DNA of 64,000 bases from the IMG/VR virus record IMGVR_UViG_3300011116_001007; one strand, 5' to 3'. The notes beneath the pieces are model-generated. The model had not been told where the DNA came from, made no database searches, and worked only from the letters and a program-made list of their open reading frames with translations. This document shows, piece after piece, positions 8,232-17,736 of the stretch (its first letter is position 1; each line of letters opens with the position of its first letter). The translations under genes were made by a program, and so were the position numbers. The DNA is from a virus (taxonomy: Duplodnaviria > Caudoviricetes).

Positions 8232-10721
8232 ATGGCTGACAATCTAGCACCTGCTGACGCCGCAACACCACAATCGTATACCGATTCCACGTTGTTCCAA
8301 GCATTGATTGAGCCGCAGCCCAATGTGCTGGATAAATTTGCCAGCTATACATATCAGGCATCAGTGTATCTCATGACTGCAGACCAATATCGAAATTTAT
8401 TAAGCAGCGCCAACAAAACTATTCCTGACAGCCAATTGTTGTTTCAAAGCGGCGGCAAAACTGTTGGTAACAAATTTTTTGACAATGATTTTTACATAGA
8501 CAACATCACATTAGAAACTCAATTGGCTGGAAAACAAACCCAAGGGGCCCACATGGTCACTGATTTAAAATTCACTGTGACTGAGCCAATGGGAATAACT
8601 CTATTAGATCGACTGTACAATGCGGTGGCAGATTCAGCGCCGCTGGATGCTGCAGGAAATGTAAATTTCAGCGCAGTACAATATCTGATGGCCATAAGAT
8701 TTTTTGGATACGATCAAAATGGCAATTTATCAGCGCCAGGGATACCTGCAGCAGTTGGAAAAACTGCCAACCCCAAAGCGGTAGTTATAAAATATATTCC
8801 TTTCCTTATAAAAAATATCAAGTGGACTGTGGGAACCAAGTTGGTCAGTTACGAAATTGAAGGAGGCCCGGTGGGCCAAATCACCGGCGGCAGCACCTCT
8901 CGTGGTACTGTGCCATTTGACATTGAACTCAGTGCAAAAACTGTGGGAGAAATTTTGTCTGGGTCTGCCACCTATGCTGCACCCAAGGTTGATGATAGAG
9001 ATAACAGAGTTGCACGACAAGGAAATGCAGCCACCGGTGCAGCGGCACCAACTAGAACTGGTGGCCCTGCCAATGGAGGCAGTCCGTCAGCACCACCAAA
9101 CGCTGGTGCCAGTCCTGGTACTATTACATCTGGGTTGATGGATGCAATGAACAAGTTCCAACAAGATTTAGTTCAGAGGAAAGTTTACAACATTGCTGAC
9201 GAATACGAACTTGTGTTTGTTGATGCTGATGAAATAAAACAAGCACAATTAAAAGGACCCCAAAAAGATGTTGATAAAAAAACTGCATCTATGGCGCCGG
9301 GTGCTAATGCTGATCCAAAAAGTTTAGACTCCAGCAAAATACCAGCAAACACCACTCAACGAAACAAACCTATTCCAGCTGGTCAATCAATTACACAAGT
9401 GATTGACCTTATTATTAGAAATAGTTCTTACATAACCAACCAAGAAAGAGTAATCAACAATCCTGATGGATCCACAGAGGATGGATCCACAGCAATTCAA
9501 AAACCCATGTCATGGTTTTTGATCACATATTCGGCCACCCCCATTGGCGACAAAATTGATACCCAACGCAATGATTTTGCTTACAAAATAAAATACACCA
9601 TAACAAAATATGCAGTACCAAATTTTGACAGCAAGTATTTTCCAATTACCACTTTTCCTGGACTGCACAAACAATACAACTATTGGTTTACTGGGCAAAA
9701 CACATCAGTATTGGATTATTCAGCAAGTTATGATGCACTATACAATATCACAGTGAATGGCAGCAAAGTTGGCGACTCAGCATACGAACAGCGCAAGAAA
9801 TTACTGACCAGCAGCGGCAATGACCTGCCCAAGTACGCTTACAATCCGCGAAGCACTCAAGGCGTTGGCTATGGCGACGGCAAAAGCAACGAGGCCAGCG
9901 CCAATGCTGCTGAATATCTTTACAGTCCAGATACATTGAGCAGTTCCAGGCTGCGAATTGTTGGTGATCCTGCTTGGATACAACAAGGCAGCTTGTTCAA
10001 ACCCATTGATGTTGAAACCTACAAAGCCGAATCCAAACTGGGGTTTTTGCCCGACGGTACTATTTCGTTTGACAGTTCTCAGGTGCTGTACGAAATTGCC
10101 TGGCAACGTCCAGAAGATTATGATCTCAAAAGTGGACTAGCAGATCCTTATGCTAAAACCAGTCTGAAATATGGCCAACGTCTGCCATTGCAAAGCAACA
10201 TCTACAATGCTCTGAAAGTAACAAGTGAATTCCGCGCTGGGCAATTTGAACAAACGCTAGAAGGCACATTGTATTTTTACAACAAGCCCAAAGCAACAAC
10301 TACTCCTGCTGCTGCTGCCAATGCCACCGATGGCAGCGACAATAGACTTGCACGACAAGGAACTCCAACACCCGACGGCAGCGACAATAGATTTGCACGA
10401 CAAGGAACTCCAGCATTGACATCAGCTGCACAAGGTCAAACAGGTACAACGTTGGCACCCATTGGAGATCTTGCAAATCAAGCAGGAATCAGAGATCCAC
10501 AACAGCTGAGTCAGCTGGCACAACAAGTGCCTAACATTGTACCATCACAACCAGCAAGCATCCCAACCAGCGGCGGACAACCAGTGGGAACCGCTGCCCC
10601 CAATGGACAATCAGACACAAACAGTTCGCCGCCGGTGGCGGCACCTGGGAGAACAACACTGGATTCTTTACAATCAAATCCAACCAACACTCCACCTTAT
10701 TTGACAACTAGAGACGCATAA
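8232..10721 (+). CDS. Putative baseplate hub protein (829 aa)
   Basis: Lies between the gp53-like and gp5-like genes; LRIVGDPAWI motif in the C-terminal part; low-complexity linkers. Confidence 0.55.
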   Translation: MADNLAPADAATPQSYTDSTLFQALIEPQPNVLDKFASYTYQASVYLMTADQYRNLLSSANKTIPDSQLLFQSGGKTVGNKFFDNDFYIDNITLETQLAGKQTQGAHMVTDLKFTVTEPMGITLLDRLYNAVADSAPLDAAGNVNFSAVQYLMAIRFFGYDQNGNLSAPGIPAAVGKTANPKAVVIKYIPFLIKNIKWTVGTKLVSYEIEGGPVGQITGGSTSRGTVPFDIELSAKTVGEILSGSATYAAPKVDDRDNRVARQGNAATGAAAPTRTGGPANGGSPSAPPNAGASPGTITSGLMDAMNKFQQDLVQRKVYNIADEYELVFVDADEIKQAQLKGPQKDVDKKTASMAPGANADPKSLDSSKIPANTTQRNKPIPAGQSITQVIDLIIRNSSYITNQERVINNPDGSTEDGSTAIQKPMSWFLITYSATPIGDKIDTQRNDFAYKIKYTITKYAVPNFDSKYFPITTFPGLHKQYNYWFTGQNTSVLDYSASYDALYNITVNGSKVGDSAYEQRKKLLTSSGNDLPKYAYNPRSTQGVGYGDGKSNEASANAAEYLYSPDTLSSSRLRIVGDPAWIQQGSLFKPIDVETYKAESKLGFLPDGTISFDSSQVLYEIAWQRPEDYDLKSGLADPYAKTSLKYGQRLPLQSNIYNALKVTSEFRAGQFEQTLEGTLYFYNKPKATTTPAAAANATDGSDNRLARQGTPTPDGSDNRFARQGTPALTSAAQGQTGTTLAPIGDLANQAGIRDPQQLSQLAQQVPNIVPSQPASIPTSGGQPVGTAAPNGQSDTNSSPPVAAPGRTTLDSLQSNPTNTPPYLTTRDA
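10327..10412 (+). repeat. Near-perfect 45-bp tandem repeat (DGSDNR[LF]ARQGTP)
   Basis: ccga[tc]ggcagcgacaataga[ct]ttgcacgacaaggaactcca at 10327 and 10372. Confidence 0.9.
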
Positions 10722-12241
10722 TGGCACAAAACAACGCACGCAGCAGGGGAAAACCACGCAATTATAAATTTGATCGCGGTGGCATACCAGCAGAATTTGG
10801 TCCGTTTACTGGTGTGGTAAAATCCACTGCAGACCCCACACGGTCGGGACGATTGAAAGTTTACATTGAAGCATTTGCTGATGGCGGACAATCAGGGGAA
10901 GATGATCCCAACAAGTGGACCACGGTCAGTTACATGCAACAATTTGGTGGATCTACTCCGCCGCAGCCCGCCGGCGGCACCACCAGTGCTGTTGGCACGT
11001 ATCCCGGCAATGAAAACAGTTATGGCATGTGGTTTACTCCACCCGACGTGGGCATCACAGTGCTGTGTGTGTTTGTTGATGGTCAACGAGATCAAGGTTA
11101 TTATATTGGAACTGTTCCTGAACAAGGCTTAGGCAGCATGTTGCCAGCCATTGGTGCCACCAGCAATTATTCTATTGACAAAACAAATGTCAATCAACAA
11201 AAATATTTTGCCAAATCACCAATACTTCCAGTGACAGAAATCAATGTCAACAACGATGAAATTTTTAACAGTCCTACATTTTTCTCACAACGCAAACCAG
11301 TACATAGCTATGTGGCAGGAATCATGTTTCAACAAGGACTTATTGATGACACCCAACGTGGTCCTATAAACAGTACCAGCCAACGAGAAACTCCAAGCAG
11401 TGTGTTTGGTATAAGCACTCCAGGATCTCCTATCTATCAAGGCGGTATGAAGCCCAATGACATTCGTAAAAAAATCAATGATGGATCTATCACACCGGGG
11501 CAGGCACAGGTGATAGGGCGTGTGGGCGGCCATACACTGGTCATGGATGATGGAGATCTTGAAGATAAAAATGCTTTGTTCCGTCTAAGAAGCAGCAAAG
11601 GTCATCAGATTACCATGAGCGACAGCGGCAACTTTTTTTACATCACTCATGCCAATGGACAAACGTGGCTGGAATTTGGATCTGAAGGTACTGTAGATGT
11701 GTACTCTACCAATTCTATCAACATGCGTACTGCAGGAGATATAAATTTTCACGCTGACAGAGATATCAATATGTTTGCTGGTAGAGATGTGCAAATCAAA
11801 AGCACCAGACGCATGCAGTTGGAAAGCATGGAAACCATGATTCTAGATGCTCAAAAAGACATAACTGTGTATAGCAAAAATACCATTGGGGTAAAAGCAG
11901 ACGGTGTACTGACCATCAACAGTGCATCTGGCAGCTGGGGCAGCGGCAGCGAATTAATAGTCAAAGCAACTCAGATTGAACTCAATGGACCAGCAGCCGG
12001 AAGTGTTTCTACACCCAACCCCATAACCAAAACACTGTTTGATGAAGTGAAATTCAACACCAGCGCAGGTTGGGAAACCAAAACTGACGGATTGACCAGT
12101 ATCTGTAGTCGAACAACCACTCACGAACCGTATCCCTATCACAACAAAGGTGTAGATGTGCCAGTAGCATTTGAAAGTGGCTATGCAGTGCCACCGGGTG
12201 CTCCTGATGTTCCGCCAGGTGTGGCAATTTCAGCAAACTGA
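10721..12241 (+). CDS. Central spike/baseplate hub protein (T4 gp5/VgrG-like, OB-fold plus beta-helix)
   Basis: DPTRSGRLKVYI...GMWFTPPDVG..VLCVF OB-fold; GHTLVMDDG, GHQITMSD beta-strand repeats; terminal THEPYPYH. Confidence 0.8.
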   Translation: MAQNNARSRGKPRNYKFDRGGIPAEFGPFTGVVKSTADPTRSGRLKVYIEAFADGGQSGEDDPNKWTTVSYMQQFGGSTPPQPAGGTTSAVGTYPGNENSYGMWFTPPDVGITVLCVFVDGQRDQGYYIGTVPEQGLGSMLPAIGATSNYSIDKTNVNQQKYFAKSPILPVTEINVNNDEIFNSPTFFSQRKPVHSYVAGIMFQQGLIDDTQRGPINSTSQRETPSSVFGISTPGSPIYQGGMKPNDIRKKINDGSITPGQAQVIGRVGGHTLVMDDGDLEDKNALFRLRSSKGHQITMSDSGNFFYITHANGQTWLEFGSEGTVDVYSTNSINMRTAGDINFHADRDINMFAGRDVQIKSTRRMQLESMETMILDAQKDITVYSKNTIGVKADGVLTINSASGSWGSGSELIVKATQIELNGPAAGSVSTPNPITKTLFDEVKFNTSAGWETKTDGLTSICSRTTTHEPYPYHNKGVDVPVAFESGYAVPPGAPDVPPGVAISAN

Positions 12242-12242
12242 T

Positions 12243-13808
12243 ATGGCAAAATTTACATATTCATTACCAAACGGCAAGTCATTCAACGTTGACGGTGACG
12301 GATTGAATGCTGATCAAGCCAAAGCAATAATTGATCAACAATCCAGTGCAGGTTCTTTGATTGGCCTTAAACCTGGCGCTATCTTGAGTGCAGCCACGCA
12401 ATCAGTCAGTGGGTTGCCTTCTGCACAAGGTGCAGTAAATCAAGCATTGAGTGGAGTAACTGGTGCATTAGGAGCAGGAGTCCCAAGTGCTACTGGCATC
12501 TTGGGAAGTGTCTCAAAGAATTTATCAACAGCAGGCGGAGCATTAAGCGGTAGCCTAGCCCCGGGTATATCAGGGTTGACAGGAGCAATAGGTCCAGCAG
12601 TTACTAATTTGTCGGGTGAAATTACAAATAAATTAGGTGCAGTCAGCTTGGCTGGCAGTGTTGGGTCATTGGCTACCACAGCCATTGGTACTATCAATAG
12701 AACCATCGGGTCCACCGCAGTAACATCTCCAATTAACACAGCTGATTTTGTCAAACAGATTCCTGCTCTAGGCCCCATTGGCAGTATGAGCCCCAGTGAT
12801 GTCAGTGGTGTACTGGCACAATCTAAGAACATAGTAAATCAAGGTGTTAGTATCCTCAGCAATACAAACGGTGCAGGATCATTTGGGTTGAATGTTCCTC
12901 AACTGGAAACAGCAGGAATTTTAAAACCAGGAACCGCAGCATTGGCTGTTGCTTCAGGGGCTTCGTTGTCATCGGTGCTCAAAAGTCCAGCGGTGTTTAC
13001 CGGAGTCAATGGTATTAAAAACATAGATTCACTGTTGGCCAATGCTCCTTTGCAATCTACAGTGCAGCAAGACCTCATGGCCAAAGGCACTGCGGCATTG
13101 GGTGCAGTTGGCATTCCAGTGGCAAGCCTAAGCGCACAAGGTCTGGCAGGTGTGTCGCTAAGTGCAGCCAAAAGTGTGCCCGATACTGAAGCACTGCTGA
13201 AAGGATTGCCGTCATCTGCAGATGCCAAAGCACAATTTAATACTTTGGTCAAAGACGGTTCTTTTGCGGTGAACCTTGCACAAAGCAAAGTGGAGCCAGT
13301 ATTCAAAGCAGAAACTACTCCGGTTCCAGCGTCAGACACAGTGGATCGCAGTACCCTAACTAGTGCTACCAACCGGGTATTGGGCAATGACAAGATTCCT
13401 GCACCCAACTTTGCTACTGCAACTCCTGATGTTGGCGCTATATCACAAACAATACAATCAGGATTCACTGACTTTGGTTCTGCTGTTCAAAGCATAATAC
13501 CAACGTGGAACACAATCAATGAAAAATTAAAAACATTAGAGAATCAACAAGTTATATCTCAACAAGAGTGGATATCTATTGCCGGCCAACAACAAGCAGC
13601 AAATCAATCTTACTTAGATAGTTTATCAAAATACTATGTGCCTGCATCAGCTGTTTATGACAGTGCTCCTGCTGAAATACAAAAAGAATTTAAACCACTC
13701 AAAGACAAAATATTTGATTCTACTGGTGAGTTAACAGGGCTGGCATTTCCAATTATCAAACGTATTAAACAGTTGGCCAGCAAAATTTCAACCAATGTAA
13801 GTGCCTAA
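12243..13808 (+). CDS. Hypothetical baseplate-associated protein (521 aa, G/S/A/L-rich)
   Basis: Start reassigned to the ATG at 12243 (MAKFTYSLP), 1 nt after the gp5-like stop; lies between gp5-like and gp25-like genes. Confidence 0.7.
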   Translation: MAKFTYSLPNGKSFNVDGDGLNADQAKAIIDQQSSAGSLIGLKPGAILSAATQSVSGLPSAQGAVNQALSGVTGALGAGVPSATGILGSVSKNLSTAGGALSGSLAPGISGLTGAIGPAVTNLSGEITNKLGAVSLAGSVGSLATTAIGTINRTIGSTAVTSPINTADFVKQIPALGPIGSMSPSDVSGVLAQSKNIVNQGVSILSNTNGAGSFGLNVPQLETAGILKPGTAALAVASGASLSSVLKSPAVFTGVNGIKNIDSLLANAPLQSTVQQDLMAKGTAALGAVGIPVASLSAQGLAGVSLSAAKSVPDTEALLKGLPSSADAKAQFNTLVKDGSFAVNLAQSKVEPVFKAETTPVPASDTVDRSTLTSATNRVLGNDKIPAPNFATATPDVGAISQTIQSGFTDFGSAVQSIIPTWNTINEKLKTLENQQVISQQEWISIAGQQQAANQSYLDSLSKYYVPASAVYDSAPAEIQKEFKPLKDKIFDSTGELTGLAFPIIKRIKQLASKISTNVSA

Positions 13809-13818
13809 TTTTTCTTGG

Positions 13819-13824
13819 TAAATA
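13819..13824 (+). promoter_or_regulatory. Late-promoter-like TAAATA
   Basis: Intergenic, 4 nt before the gp25-like ATG. Confidence 0.5.
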
Positions 13825-13828
13825 CTGC

Positions 13829-14206
13829 ATGGCTCAAACATTCATAGGGTTCAACACCGTTAATCAAGTTAAAAAATTTACCTTGACTGATTTTCCACTG
13901 ATCAAACAAGATCTCCTGAATGCTTTTAATATCCGCCAAGGTGAATTGCCGGGCAGACCCGAATATGGCACCATATTGTGGAACTTCTTGTTTGAACCCC
14001 AACTTGAAGAATTGCAAAACAGCATGGTTGCAGAAATACAACGTGTGGCTGGGGGAGATCCTAGAGTTTATATTTCTGACATACAAATTTTTCCGCAAAA
14101 CAACGGCATACTGATACAGTTGGAATTGACAATAACTCCATCAACAGACGCTCAACGACTGGCAATATTTTTTGATATTACATCCAGACGAGCCAGTTAT
14201 ATTTAG
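13829..14206 (+). CDS. gp25: Baseplate wedge subunit (gp25-like)
   Basis: LIKQDLLNAFNIRQGE..GRPEYGT..W..LFEP...DPRV: GPW/gp25 family pattern. Confidence 0.88.
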   Translation: MAQTFIGFNTVNQVKKFTLTDFPLIKQDLLNAFNIRQGELPGRPEYGTILWNFLFEPQLEELQNSMVAEIQRVAGGDPRVYISDIQIFPQNNGILIQLELTITPSTDAQRLAIFFDITSRRASYI

Positions 14207-14234
14207 GTATAAACTACGCAGTTTTTTGTGTCCA

Positions 14235-14240
14235 TAAATA
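14235..14240 (+). promoter_or_regulatory. Late-promoter-like TAAATA
   Basis: Intergenic cATAAATA upstream of the gp6-like gene. Confidence 0.55.
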
Positions 14241-14268
14241 AACGATAAGGCACAAAAGGTCAAAATCA

Positions 14269-17200
14269 ATGGCAACAACCACTAGACAAACAGCAATATT
14301 CGGAGTCGAAGACTGGAAACAAATTTACCAGACCTACCGTGAAGCTGATTTTCAAAGCTACGACTTTGAAACTCTACGCAAAAGTTTTGTTGACTATCTA
14401 CGCCTGTACTATCCTGAAACATTCAACGATTACATTGAAAGCAGTGAATTTATTGCTTTACTAGATGTAATGGCATTCATGGGACAAGCACTGGCATTCC
14501 GTACAGATCTCAACACAAGAGAAAACTACATAGACACAGCTGAGCGCAGAGATTCAGTAGTTCAACTGGCAAATTTGGTCAGCTACACAGCCAAACGCAA
14601 CACAGAATCACAGGGTCTACTCAAAGTGTTTTCAGTTGTGACCACAGAAAATGTCACCGACTACAACGGAATAAATCTCAGCAACGTCACAGTGGACTGG
14701 GCAGATCCTACCAATCCTGCCTGGCAAGAACAATTTACGGCCATTATCAATGCCAGCTTAGTAGATTCACAACGTGTGGGCCGCCCAGGCAATCGTCAGA
14801 CCATCTTGGGTGTGCGTACAGATGAATATGGCATTAATTTGGTTCCAGGTTACTTGCCAGTGATCCCGTACAATGCTACAGTAGATGGCATCTCCATGCC
14901 ATTTGAAGCAATGTCCAGTACTTCAATGGGTGAAAATTATCTTTATGAACCCAGTCCTAGAATAAATCAAACATTTAATATATTGTTCCGCAATGATCAA
15001 CTGGGATTCAACAGCAACAACACTGGATATTTTTTCATGTTCAAACAAGGTGTATTGCAGAATCAAGATTTTAATTTACCTGAGCGTATTGCCAACCGCA
15101 CTGTGAATATCAACATTGAAGGGGTCAATCAAGAAGACCGTTGGTTGTTCCAACTTGACACAGTGGGTACAGTCAACAGAGAATGGCAGTTTACAGAAAA
15201 CGTATACTCAGCAGCGGCTGAACAAATTGGTACCAGTCTACGCCCTATATTTTCTGTGACCAGCAGAGCCAATGACCAAATTACACTGGTGTTTGGAGAC
15301 GGAGTTTTTAGCGAAATACCAGTGGGGACTTTTCGTTGCTATGTTCGTGCATCCAATGGATTGCAATACATCATCAATCCTGAAGAAATGCAAGCAGTCA
15401 GTTTGCCCATCAGTTACATCAGTCGTACTGGGAATCTTGAAACCATAACATTCACATGTGGTATCACACAACCTGTGAGCAACAGTCAAACACGTGAACC
15501 AATTGCAGAGATCAAACAACGTGCTCCAGCACAATATTACACACAGAACAGAATGGTCAATGGAGAAGACTACAATTTATTTCCATACACCCAGTACAAC
15601 TCTATTCTCAAAAGCAAAGCCCTAAACCGTGCCAGCATTGGAACCAGTCGTTATCTTGACTTGGTGGACAACACTGGCAAATACAGTAGCACCAACACAT
15701 TTGGCAGCGATGGCGGCCTGTGGGAACAGAACATATTGCCTACAATATTGTTTACCTGGAACACCAGGAATGAAATTGCAGATGTCATAACAAATCAAGT
15801 TCAGCCGCAATTGCTTGCGCCTATTGTAAAACAATTTTACTATGCAAATTTTCCAAGACAGTCAGTCAACACCGGTGCTACAGCAGCAAGCACCTGGCAA
15901 CAAAGCACTACACTGGCCAATCAGACCACAGGCTTCTTTCGCAACAGCACAGTCAGCAGCACCTGGCCCAGCGGCACTCCTATACCAGTGGGCAACGTTG
16001 TAGGCATTACCAATCCTTTTTACTTTGTCACACCGGGTGCGTTGATCAAATTTGTTTCGCCCACTGGATACTACTTTGACCGCAACAATCGACTGGTGCA
16101 AGGATCTCCTTCACGGTCGGATGAAAAACTAGAAATCTGGGCCAGTCCACTGCAAGTGATTGGTGACGGGTACAATGGTGGGCTGGGCAATTTGCCGTCA
16201 GGTGCAGGCCCTGTGTCCTTGAACAACTTTGTGCCCACAGGTGCTATTGTTGACACAATTATTCCGTTGTTTGTGACTGATTTGCCACTGGATCTAGAAG
16301 CAGCCATCAGCGAGCAAATTATTTTGTATCGAAATTTTGGACTGGGCTACGACAATGACGGCTCAGTAACAGGAACACCATATGCTTGGTACTTGATTAC
16401 CAGCACCAATTTGGACCAAAATTCTGCATGGAGCCAGACTGTTCCGGGTATTGCCGGTAACAAAGACGGAGTGAACTCAGACGCCAGCTGGTTAATACAA
16501 TTTGTCACAGTGAATCAAAGCTACACTATCACATTCCGTGGGCTGCAATACAATTTTGGATCTGTGTTGCAAACAAGATTTTTCTTCTATGAAGGGCAGA
16601 AAATTTACGACAGCCGCACAGGCACAGTGATCAAAGACTACATCAACATGCTGGCAGTCAATACTCAGCCAGATTCTACTGATCATTTGCCCGGCGATGT
16701 TCCTGTTACCATCATTGGACAACCTGTGGAAAGTGACGGGTATGTTGATGATTTCCAAGTGTTGGTCAGCTACAGAGATGCCGACAGTGACGGCATTCCT
16801 GACAACCCAGACTTTTTTACAGAAATTGTAGCACCCACTGTCAACGCCAATCAGAAATTTGTATTCCTACAACAGACCGTAGATTTTGATAATTTACAAC
16901 GTTATCTATTGGTTGAGCAAGGTCGTGTGAATTCTGATTATGCAACCATAGACGACATTGAATTGGCCAAGAGCGAATGGAGTCCAGGTCAGGTATTTTA
17001 TGCATACGATCAGGATGCATTTTATGAACTCAGTGTATCAGTGACCGGAGTACGTACTTTGGTATCTGTTTCTGGATGGATTGCTCGAGTTGGTCGACAA
17101 AGTTTGTATTATCAGTATCGTCACAACTCCCCATTGACCAACAGAATAGATCCTGGAACTACCAACATCATTGACCTTTATGTGGTACCACAGTCTTATT

Positions 17201-17736
17201 ATACTGCCTACCAGAATTGGATTAGAGACACCACAGGCACTGTGCCCAAACCAAATGTTCCTACTATTGATGAACTCAACACTGCATATCAAGGATTGCA
17301 AAACTACAAAATGATCAGCGATAATATTATTTTAAATCCTGTGACTTTCAAACCATTGTTTGGCATGAAAGCAGCGTCTGAATTACGTGCCACTATCAAA
17401 GTGATACGTGCGTCTAATTCCACTGCCAGCGTTAGCGAAATCAAAAGTTCTGTAGTGGCAGAAACAAACAACTATTTTAGCATTGACAAATGGAATTTTG
17501 GAGATACTTTTTACTTCTCTGAATTGGCAGCATACTTGCATCGCGTGCTGGGAACTATCATCAGTTCAGTGGTGTTGGTGCCATTGAACTCACAAAAATA
17601 TTTTGGTGACTTGTATGAAGTAAGATCAGCACCAAATGAATTATTTGTTAATGCAGCTACTATAGATAATATTGAAGTGATTGATGCACTTACCAGTACC
17701 AATCTACGTACAGCACCAGGCAGTGGAGTAATTTAA
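14269..17736 (+). CDS. gp6: Baseplate wedge subunit (gp6-like, 1155 aa)
   Basis: SEFIALLDVMAF...RENYIDTAERRDSVVQLA.LVSY; FGDGVF..IP; IKQRAP..Y.TQNRMVNGEDY; follows gp25. Confidence 0.85.
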   Translation: MATTTRQTAIFGVEDWKQIYQTYREADFQSYDFETLRKSFVDYLRLYYPETFNDYIESSEFIALLDVMAFMGQALAFRTDLNTRENYIDTAERRDSVVQLANLVSYTAKRNTESQGLLKVFSVVTTENVTDYNGINLSNVTVDWADPTNPAWQEQFTAIINASLVDSQRVGRPGNRQTILGVRTDEYGINLVPGYLPVIPYNATVDGISMPFEAMSSTSMGENYLYEPSPRINQTFNILFRNDQLGFNSNNTGYFFMFKQGVLQNQDFNLPERIANRTVNINIEGVNQEDRWLFQLDTVGTVNREWQFTENVYSAAAEQIGTSLRPIFSVTSRANDQITLVFGDGVFSEIPVGTFRCYVRASNGLQYIINPEEMQAVSLPISYISRTGNLETITFTCGITQPVSNSQTREPIAEIKQRAPAQYYTQNRMVNGEDYNLFPYTQYNSILKSKALNRASIGTSRYLDLVDNTGKYSSTNTFGSDGGLWEQNILPTILFTWNTRNEIADVITNQVQPQLLAPIVKQFYYANFPRQSVNTGATAASTWQQSTTLANQTTGFFRNSTVSSTWPSGTPIPVGNVVGITNPFYFVTPGALIKFVSPTGYYFDRNNRLVQGSPSRSDEKLEIWASPLQVIGDGYNGGLGNLPSGAGPVSLNNFVPTGAIVDTIIPLFVTDLPLDLEAAISEQIILYRNFGLGYDNDGSVTGTPYAWYLITSTNLDQNSAWSQTVPGIAGNKDGVNSDASWLIQFVTVNQSYTITFRGLQYNFGSVLQTRFFFYEGQKIYDSRTGTVIKDYINMLAVNTQPDSTDHLPGDVPVTIIGQPVESDGYVDDFQVLVSYRDADSDGIPDNPDFFTEIVAPTVNANQKFVFLQQTVDFDNLQRYLLVEQGRVNSDYATIDDIELAKSEWSPGQVFYAYDQDAFYELSVSVTGVRTLVSVSGWIARVGRQSLYYQYRHNSPLTNRIDPGTTNIIDLYVVPQSYYTAYQNWIRDTTGTVPKPNVPTIDELNTAYQGLQNYKMISDNIILNPVTFKPLFGMKAASELRATIKVIRASNSTASVSEIKSSVVAETNNYFSIDKWNFGDTFYFSELAAYLHRVLGTIISSVVLVPLNSQKYFGDLYEVRSAPNELFVNAATIDNIEVIDALTSTNLRTAPGSGVI

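Noticed and set aside
12440-13468. 130-aa and 189-aa antisense ORFs
   Set aside because: Shadow ORFs of the G/S/A-rich 521-aa gene.
14211-14228. Terminator after gp25 (aaact-acgc-agttt plus T run)
   Set aside because: The stem is only 5 bp and mostly A-T, too weak to call.
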